NCBI GenBank assembly: GCA_963782915.1
Contig: CAWALK010000012.1
Span: 389,169-453,168, forward strand
DNA length: 64,000 nt
DNA from: an uncultured archaeon
Lineage (GTDB): Archaea > Thermoproteota > Bathyarchaeia > Bathyarchaeales > Bathycorpusculaceae
Reading direction: 5' to 3'
A model generated the notes under the pieces. It was not told the origin of the DNA, searched no databases, and saw only the letters and a list, made by a program, of their open reading frames with translations. Both the position numbers and the translations under genes were made by a program. Every line of letters starts with the position of its first letter. Position 1 is the stretch's first letter. Below are positions 8,118-17,978 of the stretch, piece by piece.

Positions 8118-8264
8118 ACCCCAAACCCTTCTCGCATAGCTTTTTTTATGTCATTACTTTTTTTTCTGGAGAATGCGCTAAATGAGCTTCAATTTATAAT
8201 AAAAATAAACACTGAAGTATGCCAAATTCCAAAAAAGAAGGTAAAAAAGGAAGCGAATCTCTTC

Positions 8265-10994
8265 TTATTGATTCGCCAATTTCTTAAACAATCCCTGTCT
8301 TCCTTCCTGAACTGCCTCTGCTGTAGCTGTACCATAAAGTTTCAAGAGAACAGAAACTAAACCCGTCCAACCTGTTTGGTGGCTTGCTCCTAACCCAGCT
8401 CCATTATCACCGTGGAAGTATTCATAGAATAATATGTTGTCTTTCCAGTTTGGGTCTGTTTGGAATTTTTCTGTACCCCCATAAACTGGTCGTTTGCCAT
8501 TACTATCGCGCAGAAAAGTCTTTGTCAATCGAGATGCAATTTCTTTGCTTACCTCAAACAGGTTCATCATTTTTCCTGAACCTGTGGGGCATTCGACTTT
8601 GAAGTCGTCACCATAGTATGAATACAGGTTTAGCAGAGCGCGACCGATGAGGATGTTTATGGGGAACCATACGGGTCCTCGCCAGTTTGAGTTTCCGCCA
8701 AAGGCTCCAGTGGTTGATTCTGCAGGTGCATATGCTATACTGAATGATTCGTTGCCTAATTGAACGTTGTAGGGGTTTTCGTAGACACGGGATAGCGATC
8801 GAATTCCGTAGGGGCCTAAAAATTCGTTTTCATCTAGCATTCTTGCAAGTACTCGACGGAGTTTGTCATCGGTCAACAAACTAAGTAAAAAGCTGCCGTT
8901 AGCGCCACGAACACCTGGTCTATGAATGTTAGCGACTAGTTCGGGATGGTTTTGAACAAACCAAGTCACGCGCTCCATAAAGTGAGGCATCTTTTCGATG
9001 TTTTCGCCTGTGAAAACGCTGTTGGCGCAAAGTGAGATTAAGCCAACCATTGAGCGGACTTTTAGCCTAACTGCCCTTCCGTCAGTATGCCGTATTACAT
9101 CATAGTAGAAGCCGTCTTCCTCATCCCATAATCCGATTCGGTCTGGTCCGCCGCTATTGAGGGCATGTGCAATCCAGAGGAAGTGTTCAAAGAATTTTAT
9201 GGCTTGGTCTTCGTAGGCTGGGTTATCTTTAGCGAGGATTGAAGCTAAAGTTAGCATGTTTTGGCTAAACATTGCCATCCATGCTGTGCCGTCTGCTTGG
9301 TCTAAAGTTACGCCTGGAGGAAATTTGGCGCTTCGGTCGAAAAGTCCAATGTTGTCTAATCCAAGAAAGCCGCCTTGAAAGAGATTGTTGCCAGCGTTGT
9401 CTTTTCGGTTTACCCACCAAGTGAAATTCATCAGCAATTTTTGGAAGGCGTTTTCAAGAAATTCTGTGTCAGCTTTGCCGTATAGCGCTTCTTCTAAGTT
9501 ATGGTTAAAAATAATTGCCCAAGCGTGAACAGGGGGGTTGACGTCGTTAAAGTTCCATTCGTAAGCTGGGAATTGGCCGTTGGGATGTAGGTAACGTTCG
9601 TTCAGCATCAGGTTTAATTGTTGCTTGGCAAAGTCTGGGTCAACCATGGATATTGCAACTGTGTGGAATGCTAAATCCCAAGCTGCATACCAGGGGTATT
9701 CCCATTTGTCAGGCATTGAGATGACATCGCTGTTAACCATGTGGAACCAGTTTATGTTTCGAACTGGTCTTTGAGATTCAGTGTAGAAATCTACATTGTG
9801 CTCGTTTAACCATTTGGCTATGTCGTATTCGTAGTATTGTTTGCTCCAAAGCATGCCCGAGAGTGCTTGCCTTAACACGTTTTTTTCGTCGTCATTAAGA
9901 GTCATTGGGCTGATTGATTCATAGAATTCGTTTGCTTCTTGTCGGCGCATGTCAAATACTCTATCGAATTCTCCATCGAACAATGTTCTACCTTGGAGGT
10001 CCTCGGGACTCATAGTGGTTAATCTTAGTTTGATGGTCTGTGACTGTTTTGCAGGTATGGTGAGTTGATAGTTTGCTGAGGTTTTGGTTCCTATTTTCGC
10101 TGGATTGATTGCGTTGTTGTCTTTGTTTACGATGTAGTTGTTGATTCCGTCTTTGACGTATTGGGTTAGGTTTGTTGTTCCGAATAGGCGTTGGTTGTTG
10201 TTTTCGTTTTCTGTAAAAAGTAGAGGGACTGTTCCTTGGGCGTATAAGTAGCGTTTTCCTAAAAATTGATGCTCGGCTACTGCGGCACTTACATTTTGCA
10301 TTTCGACTAATTCTTTTATTATTGGACGTTCAACTGGGGTTTTGCTTCCATACCATATGTTGCGGAACCATAGGGTTGGAAGTATGTTTAGTGTTGCAGC
10401 TTGGTCGCCTCGGTTGTGCGCGGTTATTTGGATTAGGATGTCTTCGGGTGATTCTTTGGCGTACTCTATGAATACGTCGAAGTAGCGGTCTTCGTTAAAG
10501 ATTCCAGTATCTAATAATTCGTATTCGAATTGGTATCTGTTTCTTGATTTGTTTGTGTTGGCTAAGTCGGTGTAGGGATATGCGTTTTGGGGGTATTTGT
10601 AGAGGTACTTCATGTATGAGTGGGTGGGTGTGCTGTCGAGGTAGAAGTAGTATTCTTTTACGTCTTCGCCGTGGTTGCCTTCACTGTTGGTTAAGCCGAA
10701 TATTCTTTCTTTGAGGATTGGGTCTACTCCGTTCCATAGTGCAACTGAGAAGCATAGGTATTGTTTGTCATCGGAGATTCCGCCGATTCCGTCTTCTCCC
10801 CAGTGATAAGCTCTGGAGCGGGATTGGTCATGTGAAAAGTAATCCCAGGCTGCTCCGTCGTTACTGTAATCTTCCCTTACTGTTCCCCATTGCCGCTCGC
10901 TTAGGTAGGGTCCCCATTTGCGCCAGGGTACATGCTGGTCGCGTGCTTCGTCTAGCCTAATTTTTTCTATAGACAAATCATTCAACCTCTTCAA
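8265..10994 (-). CDS. GH63/MGH1-like glucosidase
   Basis: WGPYLSERQWGTVREDYS, SMPDKWEYPWYAAWDLAFH, SNWRGPVW, FYEYFHGDNGAGLGASHQTGWT. Confidence 0.9.
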   Translation of the reverse strand: MKRLNDLSIEKIRLDEARDQHVPWRKWGPYLSERQWGTVREDYSNDGAAWDYFSHDQSRSRAYHWGEDGIGGISDDKQYLCFSVALWNGVDPILKERIFGLTNSEGNHGEDVKEYYFYLDSTPTHSYMKYLYKYPQNAYPYTDLANTNKSRNRYQFEYELLDTGIFNEDRYFDVFIEYAKESPEDILIQITAHNRGDQAATLNILPTLWFRNIWYGSKTPVERPIIKELVEMQNVSAAVAEHQFLGKRYLYAQGTVPLLFTENENNNQRLFGTTNLTQYVKDGINNYIVNKDNNAINPAKIGTKTSANYQLTIPAKQSQTIKLRLTTMSPEDLQGRTLFDGEFDRVFDMRRQEANEFYESISPMTLNDDEKNVLRQALSGMLWSKQYYEYDIAKWLNEHNVDFYTESQRPVRNINWFHMVNSDVISMPDKWEYPWYAAWDLAFHTVAISMVDPDFAKQQLNLMLNERYLHPNGQFPAYEWNFNDVNPPVHAWAIIFNHNLEEALYGKADTEFLENAFQKLLMNFTWWVNRKDNAGNNLFQGGFLGLDNIGLFDRSAKFPPGVTLDQADGTAWMAMFSQNMLTLASILAKDNPAYEDQAIKFFEHFLWIAHALNSGGPDRIGLWDEEDGFYYDVIRHTDGRAVRLKVRSMVGLISLCANSVFTGENIEKMPHFMERVTWFVQNHPELVANIHRPGVRGANGSFLLSLLTDDKLRRVLARMLDENEFLGPYGIRSLSRVYENPYNVQLGNESFSIAYAPAESTTGAFGGNSNWRGPVWFPINILIGRALLNLYSYYGDDFKVECPTGSGKMMNLFEVSKEIASRLTKTFLRDSNGKRPVYGGTEKFQTDPNWKDNILFYEYFHGDNGAGLGASHQTGWTGLVSVLLKLYGTATAEAVQEGRQGLFKKLANQ

Positions 10995-11289
10995 AAATCT
11001 ACATGCAATTGCTAGAAAATGATGGGAAACTGTGCTAAATTAATATGTGACTTCAGAAATGAACTACATTCTAAAAATGCCTATTATATTTATCAGTTAT
11101 CCGCGAGTTGTGCAATAAGCTTAGCGTGTTTATTTTTATTTTTTATTAGTTGATAATGGCAGGGATCCTCTATACTCATCTTCTTCCAGCGGGCTTTGCA
11201 ACGCCAGTGTTTTTTGGTGTCTGCGTTTGGGTTGGGTTGCAGGCTCAGTTGTGGAGCTTGCCTCAAGCAGTACAGAACAATTATATCCG

Positions 11290-12121
11290 CTAAGTGGACG
11301 CATTAAGCGTCTCTAGCATACTACCACTTCGGTAACCTTCCAAATCAAACGTAACATACACAAACCCCAATTTTTTGAGCTCCACCGCAACCATATCTAA
11401 AACATCCACATTACAGAACAGCGACCGCTCATCTTCGCCCGACTTCGATACGTGCTAAACCATTGTGGTCCCGCACCCTTAATTGGCGGACATTCACGAC
11501 TTCCCGTATTGCCGCCTCAGCCTGCTCAATGCGCTTAAGCTTTTCAGCCGTTATCTCTTCGTTAAAAGGAATCCTCGACGCTAAACAAGCCAAAGAAGGC
11601 TTATCATGAACGTTTAAACCCAGATTTTTGGCGACTTGGCGAATCTCTTCTTTGCTGAATTTGCATGCGACCCATGGGCTGTAGACGCCTTCGGTTTCCT
11701 GTACCGCTTTGAAGCCTGGTCGGTGGTCGCTTAAATCGCTAAAGTTTGTGCCTTCAAACACCGCTGAGAAACCATGTTCCTTTGCAAACGAGGTTAGTTT
11801 TTGCAGCAGTTCCTTTTTGCAGTAGTAGCAGCGGTTTTCTGGGTTTTTGGTGAACTCTTTGTTTTGTAGTTCCTGTGTTAATGTGACGTAGAGTTTGATG
11901 TCGATTTGTCTGGCGGTTTTTTGGGCGTCTCGCAATTCGTCGGCTGTGTATGTGGGTGATTGAGCGATAACAGCGACTGCTTTGTCGCCTAAAACTTGGC
12001 GGCTTATGGCAGCTAAGGTTGCGCTGTCTACGCCGCCGCTGAAAGCGATTACTGCGCCGTTTTTTGCTTTGTCAGCGATGAAAGCTTTGAGTTCTTCTAC
12101 TTTACGATTTAATGCTTCCAT
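11290..12121 (-). CDS. larE: ATP-dependent sacrificial sulfur transferase LarE (frameshift near 11430)
   Basis: PP-loop AFSGGVDS, RCYYCK, ACLASRIP, RVRDH; C-terminal FDLEGYRSGSM in another frame. Confidence 0.88.
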
Positions 12122-12129
12122 TTTATCGC

Positions 12130-13383
12130 CTATTTTTTAGGATACATTTCCTGGGCTTTTGAAACTGCTTGGTCTAAGAGCACCCGCAGTGGCAGCTTCG
12201 TCTTCTCCGCCAGCCGTTTGAGGTCTTCATATTCAGGTTTAATGCGCACAATCTCGCCTTTGGCGTTCTTGGAGACCTTCACGCGCACGGACTCCTTATT
12301 GCCCATAACAGACAAATCCACCATAAGCAGCTCCCTATTGATTATGTGGCGTTCGCAGTAGTAAACTCTAACGCCTAACGTGCCTGTCTCGGCGATGAGC
12401 ACTTCTGAGAGGTGGGAGACGTCTTTTTGGTCAGCGATGACTTTGATGATTTGGGCTGGGCGATTCTTTTTTGTGAAGACGGGTAGTATGCTTACGTCTT
12501 TGGCGCCCTCCGCCAGTAGCCTGTCGACGGTGTAGCCGAGGACTTCGCCTGTGGCGTCGTCGATGTTGGTTTCTAACACTGCGATTTCGTCGCGGACAAG
12601 CTCCATTTCGGATGCTTCACCCAAAGTGAGGCGCAGGACTGCGGGCAATTCGGGGTATTCTTTGGTTCCAGCGCCATACCCTACCTTAAGGGGAACAATG
12701 GATGGATAGAAACTGTTCACTTCGCTTACCAAATTGACAAGCAGTGCTGTGCCTGTGGGTGTAGCCAACTCCTTTTCGATGGGTCCACCATGGAACGGGA
12801 AATTCTTTGCCTTGCAAAATCGCCAAAGTGGCGGGTGCAGGTGCGGAGACGATGCCGTGGGAAAACTTGAATACGCCGCCGCCAACCGCCAGAGGCGTCG
12901 AGATAATTTTTGCTTCGAAGAGGTGCAAGTCGTCGAGTGCTACGGCGCAGCCAATGATTTCGGCGGCTGTATCGATCAAGTGCGACTTCATGGAGGTGGG
13001 CATCTTCGAAGCTTGTTTTATGCAAGTCAGCTTCGGCTTCGATGATTGTGCGGATGACTTTGGAAGCGAATGCTCTGGCTTTATCTGACATGTAGATGCC
13101 CGCTGCTGCTTTCTCCACGATGGCGATGAGTTCGCCGCCATGCCTCTTCTCGGCTGCGGTTGAGGTTACGTCGATTTGGGTAGCACGGAACTCGCCCCGC
13201 GTTACCTCATCGATGGCTATATCGATGTGCCTATAGCCAAACTCAGGGGCTCTCAAGCGTTTTAATCGCGGAAATAACCCGTTCAACATTCACACCCAAA
13301 TCCAACAATGCGCCAAGAAGCATATCCCCCGCTATCCCAGACGCGTTACAATCAATAACAAGAATTTTCTGTTTTTCAATCAT
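12130..13383 (-). CDS. larC: Nickel pincer cofactor Ni-insertase LarC (several frameshifts)
   Basis: SGIAGDMLLGALLDLG, HLHEV, FSHGIVSAPAPAT, ELATPTGTA, LETNIDD, KPEYED distributed over shifted frames. Confidence 0.88.
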
Positions 13384-13462
13384 AGGTCATCACAAAAAAC
13401 GGTTCAGACAAGCAAGCATAATAGATATATTATTATTTGGTTTTTTAAGTATTGTCTACTTT

Positions 13463-14251
13463 ATGTTATCGCTAAGGGAAATTTTAGACAAGGTTTCTCG
13501 CAACGAACTCTCCGCGGCTCAAGCAGAGACGATGCTTAAGCTTTTGGCGGTGGATGAGTTGGGTTGCTTAGCGAAGCTGGATGGCAACAGGGAACTGCGT
13601 AAGGGTGTGCCTGAGATTATTTTGGCTGAAGGCAAAACCCCCGCTGATGTAGCGGAAATCTGCCAAGTTATGCTGTCCCATAATGGCAGGGTGATTGTGA
13701 GCAGATGCAGCAAAGACCACCTTGACGCAATCAAGGCGATACCGACTGATGGTTTGCAGGTTGAAATCAAAGAGCGCGCACGCATGGCTGTTCTCAAAAA
13801 GAAAGGCTATGTTACCACAGCTTACGGCGGTCGAGTTGGGATTTTAACGGCTGGAACATCGGATATTCCTGTGGCGGAGGAAGCTAAAGTCGTCGCGGAA
13901 GAGATGGGCTGCAAAGTCACCGTTGCCTACGATGTTGGTGTAGCAGGTATCCATCGTTTGCTTGAACCAATAAAGGAAGTCATCGCCAACGACGTGGATG
14001 TTGTGGTTGTTGTGGCTGGACGTGAGGGCGCTTTGGCTTCGGTTGTTTCGGGATTGGTGGATGTGCCCGTAATTGCGGTGCCGACTTCTAACAGTTACGG
14101 TTTTGGCGCGAAGGGTGTGAGTACTTTGATGGCTATGTTGCAGTCTTGTTCGCTTGGTTTGGCGGTTGTTAACATTGATGGCGGCGTGGCGGCTGGTGCG
14201 GTTGCGACTTTGATTGCGAATCGGGCTGCGAAATTCCGCAAAGAAGCCTAA
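13463..14251 (+). CDS. larB: NPN cofactor carboxylase/hydrolase LarB
   Basis: PEIILAEGK, AGTSDIPVAEEA, DVGVAGIHR, VPVIAVPTS, LQSCSLGLAVVNIDGG. Confidence 0.92.
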   Translation: MLSLREILDKVSRNELSAAQAETMLKLLAVDELGCLAKLDGNRELRKGVPEIILAEGKTPADVAEICQVMLSHNGRVIVSRCSKDHLDAIKAIPTDGLQVEIKERARMAVLKKKGYVTTAYGGRVGILTAGTSDIPVAEEAKVVAEEMGCKVTVAYDVGVAGIHRLLEPIKEVIANDVDVVVVVAGREGALASVVSGLVDVPVIAVPTSNSYGFGAKGVSTLMAMLQSCSLGLAVVNIDGGVAAGAVATLIANRAAKFRKEA

Positions 14252-14325
14252 GTTATTGTAATTTTTGGGTAGAAACCTAATTTTTGTGTAGTCTATCGGA
14301 AAATCGTGAGGTAATTGTTGAAACA

Positions 14326-14384
14326 GTAGCACGAAATCACAAATCTTTAATACTGTGTAGCACCTTTCCACCATATCGTGTTAC
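14326..14384. promoter_or_regulatory. Two tandem NikR-like boxes (GTA-N22-TAC) overlapping the cbiM promoter
   Basis: GTAGCAC-N14-TTAATAC (14326-14353) and GTAGCAC-N14-GTGTTAC (14357-14384), upstream of a Ni/Co ECF operon. Confidence 0.65.
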
Positions 14385-14402
14385 TGGAGGAGACCAAATA
14401 GC

Positions 14403-15089
14403 ATGCACATACCCGACGGATACCTCACACCAACCGTTTTGGCAGCTGCATTCGTAATCACAATCATCTTCTGGGCAATCTCCTTCAGAAAAATAAAGTT
14501 AACTGAATCACAAGTCCCAATGATGGGGCTATTAACCGCGCTGTTCTTCGCAGCCATGTTCGCCAATTACCCCGTCTTCTTCGGAACCACCGCCCACCTG
14601 CTCGGTGCAGCAGTCATCGGACTCATACTCGGTCCCTTCGCAGGTCTAATTTCCATAACTATAATCATGGTACTACAGGCATTCCTATTCGGCGACGGAG
14701 GAATCACAGCTCTTGGCGCTAACGTGCTAAACATGGGCATCATCGGCGTATTCATCCCCTGTGCACTATTCTTAGTACTGAATATGGCACTCAAGCCAAA
14801 ATCGAGTAGAACCATACTTGGAATGGTTTTTGTATCTGCCTTTGTCGGTGATTTACTTGCAGCAGTCGCGGCAGCAGTAGAACTAAGCCTATCTCAAGGA
14901 GTGTTCCAGTATGGCTTAAACGTCACACTTCCCGCCATGGTCATTAACCACTCAGTAATCGGCGTCGCCGAAGGCGTAGTCGCAGTTATAATCATCGGCA
15001 CTCTGCTAAAGCTGCGCCCAGACGTTTTGCAGAGTAGCCCCATCTTGGGAAAACTTGGATTATTCAAAAACAAAGAGGTTGAAGCATAA
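14403..15089 (+). CDS. cbiM: Ni/Co ECF transporter S component CbiM/NikM
   Basis: N-terminal MHIPDG metal-binding motif, HLLG, QAFLFGDGGITALGAN. Confidence 0.93.
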   Translation: MHIPDGYLTPTVLAAAFVITIIFWAISFRKIKLTESQVPMMGLLTALFFAAMFANYPVFFGTTAHLLGAAVIGLILGPFAGLISITIIMVLQAFLFGDGGITALGANVLNMGIIGVFIPCALFLVLNMALKPKSSRTILGMVFVSAFVGDLLAAVAAAVELSLSQGVFQYGLNVTLPAMVINHSVIGVAEGVVAVIIIGTLLKLRPDVLQSSPILGKLGLFKNKEVEA

Positions 15090-15392
15090 ATGGCAAACCA
15101 TAAAAAAATGAATCAGAAAACAATCGCCATTGGCTTAGCCGCCGCCTTAATCTTTGTTATACTCGGCACTTTTGTCTTCTCGTATGCCATGGAAACCTTT
15201 GACTTAAAAGCCGAAGAGTTGGGTGCACAAGAACAGCAAATCTGGACTGCACCATTCAAGGATTATACCATCGCAGGTTCTGACAGCCAATGGATTGCCC
15301 TAATCGTGGGTATCGCAGCCACGTTACTGCTGTTTGTTGTTGGGATAGGTGTGGCTAAATTAATCAGGAAAAAGAAAGGTGGAAAACAATGA
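15090..15392 (+). CDS. NikN/CbiN-like auxiliary membrane subunit (PDGLE-type)
   Basis: Two TM helices, APFKDY motif, position between cbiM and cbiQ. Confidence 0.75.
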   Translation: MANHKKMNQKTIAIGLAAALIFVILGTFVFSYAMETFDLKAEELGAQEQQIWTAPFKDYTIAGSDSQWIALIVGIAATLLLFVVGIGVAKLIRKKKGGKQ

Positions 15393-16200
15393 AGGTACCG
15401 CAATCGCTTAGAGATTTAGCTGAAGGTGCAGAATCACTTGTTTATGTGGAAGATTTAAGCGGCAAAAAAGGCGTCATGCAAGCCATAAACCCAGTCGCTA
15501 AACTCGTCGCCATCATCGGCATGATCATCGCTTCCCTCTTCATCACCAACCTCACCTATTTACTTGCAATCTGCGTAGTTCCATTGGTGTTGGTTTTGGT
15601 TTCTCGGATTCCGCTTAAACACTTCTTCTTAAGAACCGCGTTTGTCACAGCATTAGCCGCCGTACTCTCAATACTCACCCTATTCACTACCGCAGGTACA
15701 CCCGTTTGGGCGGCAAGTTTGGGCGGATTAAACTTGGCAATAACAGTCGAAGGAATGACAGCAGCCGCAGTCTTCACGGTTCGTGTATGGTTCTGCGTTG
15801 CATCACTAATCATGCTGATACTCTCCACTGGCTTTGATAAAACCCTAAAAATGTTTGCAACCCTCAAAGTCCCAACCCTAATCATACAACTCTTCAGCTT
15901 AACCTACCGCTACTTCTTCGTCTCCATCGAGGAAGCCCAAAGCGTACTCATCGCCAAAGAAGCAAGAACCTACGTCCACAAACGCAGCCTGAATCTGCAA
16001 TCCCTCAAAGATTTAGGTGGCATCATCGCTTCACTATTCATCCGCACCTACGAACGCTCGAACGCGTCTACTTAGCCATGAAAGCCCGAGGCTTCCAAAT
16101 AGAAAACGACAACAAACATGCTATGCCAAAGCTGCGCATCCGCGACGTCGCCTTTGCGTCATCGATAATAATTGCGTTTGCCGCAATTGCACTGCTTTAG
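15389..16200 (+). CDS. cbiQ: ECF T component CbiQ (frameshift near 16060)
   Basis: YRYFF..EAR; continuation RVYLAMKARG in a shifted frame. Confidence 0.88.
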
Positions 16201-16212
16201 GAGACCCCTGTT

Positions 16213-17054
16213 TTGTCTGAAGCCATCGTTTCAGTGAAAGATGTAAAATTCAGTTACCCCGCAGGCGTAGCTGCACTCCACGGCGTCTCCCTTGAAATAA
16301 AGCAGGGCGAACGGGTGGCATTGCTGGGTCCGAACGGTTCAGGAAAATCCACACTGATACTGCTTATTGCAGGGCTTCTGATGCCAAAGAAAGGGGAAGT
16401 CACAGTTTTCGGCGAAAAAACCTCGTCAAAGGACTTCCAGAAGTTCCGTTCACGCATCGGCATAGTCTTCCAAGACCCCGACGACCAACTCTTCACCCCC
16501 AGCGTCATCGAGGATGTTGAGTATGGACCAAAAAACCTCAAGTTACCCCCTGAAGACATCAAAGCCCGAAGCGCCCATGTGCTTGAGAAGATGGGCATTG
16601 AGCATCTCAAGGACCGCCCGCCTCATCGGTTGAGTTTTGGCGAAAAAAAGAAAGTCTCACTTGCAACGGCGTTGGTGTCTAAAGCCTGAACTGCTCATCC
16701 TCGATGAACCCACCGCCAACCTCGATTTAGTCTCTCGGAAGGGGCTTGCTCGATACACTCAACGAACTCAGCAAAGCCGGCACAACCATCATCGTTTCAA
16801 CCCACGATGTTGAAGCCATCCCCGAATTAGCTGACCGCATAGTCGTCATCAGCCATGGTAACCTGCTGGGCGAAGGCAAAACCAGCGAGGTCTTGCAGGA
16901 CAAAAAGATGCTGGAAGCCTCGGGTTTGGAGCCGCCGACGATCGTGGATTTGTTCGGTGAACTGAAAGCACAGGGACTAATCGATGAGGTGCCGCTGACC
17001 GTGACAGAGGGCAAAGAGACACTGCTAAAACTGCTGAATGATAAAAAATGCTAG
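16213..17054 (+). CDS. cbiO: ECF ATPase CbiO (frameshift near 16680)
   Basis: GPNGSGKS, FQDPDDQLF, LSFGEKK, LILDEPT, STHD. Confidence 0.9.
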
Positions 17055-17069
17055 TACCCGCTCACCCAC

Positions 17070-17852
17070 TTATGTAGAGCGAACAATCAAACCCAAATGC
17101 CGTCGATAAAGGAAAACTATCAGAAATGTACCGGCAGTGACGAGACTAACAGCACCAATAATGATTAACGTAATCTCGGCGGGTGGATTGGTTTGTATTG
17201 TGAAGTTGAAGGTGTTAGTTTTGGCCATGTTTCCAGCTGTATCATTAGCATAGATGACTACGTTGTGAGCTCCGGCTGCCGGTGTTATTGTTGCGTTTCC
17301 TGTAATTGTAACATTTGCGGTATTGTCTAAGCTGTAGCCTACCCACGAAGTCGCCTCGTTTATCGTAAAGTTCAGGGGGATGACAGGTTGATTGCAGATT
17401 TGGTCCTGAATCGTGATGTCGGAAAGACTGGGGGATTTTGTGTCGACTGTAAAGTAAACGATGGTTTCCCGTGTCTTCCGCGTTGGTGAACTGCCACTCT
17501 GGCACTCTATATAGACAGTGACGTTATGTTCCCCGTCACTCAACTTTGGAATTGTGTCTACGCCCTGATAGCTTCCGCTGAAGAAGGTTTGGAGGTCTTT
17601 AAAGTTCAGTTCCATGGGGAGGTAGCGTCTGTTTTGGTTGTCTATACTGTAGGATACACCGTACAAATTTGCCCATAGCCATTGAACTGATACGTTTAGA
17701 GTTAGATGATCTTTACTGTAGGTTTTGTTTTCAGCAGGTGTGTTTACTGTGAATTCTATGTAGGAACCACTTTCTGCTTCTGCAGTTGATAGTGCTGTTA
17801 GGGGAAATAGAAGACAGAAAATAAGCATTATTGGCACCAAAGTTTTCTTCAT
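17070..17852 (-). CDS. Secreted Ig-like surface protein with C-terminal TM anchor
   Basis: Signal peptide, GEHNVTVY and GAHNVVIYANDTAGN Ig-like repeats, TM + RRH. Confidence 0.75.
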   Translation of the reverse strand: MKKTLVPIMLIFCLLFPLTALSTAEAESGSYIEFTVNTPAENKTYSKDHLTLNVSVQWLWANLYGVSYSIDNQNRRYLPMELNFKDLQTFFSGSYQGVDTIPKLSDGEHNVTVYIECQSGSSPTRKTRETIVYFTVDTKSPSLSDITIQDQICNQPVIPLNFTINEATSWVGYSLDNTANVTITGNATITPAAGAHNVVIYANDTAGNMAKTNTFNFTIQTNPPAEITLIIIGAVSLVTAGTFLIVFLYRRHLGLIVRST

Positions 17853-17978
17853 CTGGGTTCACAAGTTAAAGAAGTGCTGGAGGGGCTTATCACTCTCCCC
17901 AAAGAACAGGGCGTTCCCCCAAGAGAACACCGTTGCAATGCATAAACCGCTTTTCTATGGGTGAAAATATTGGTTCTA

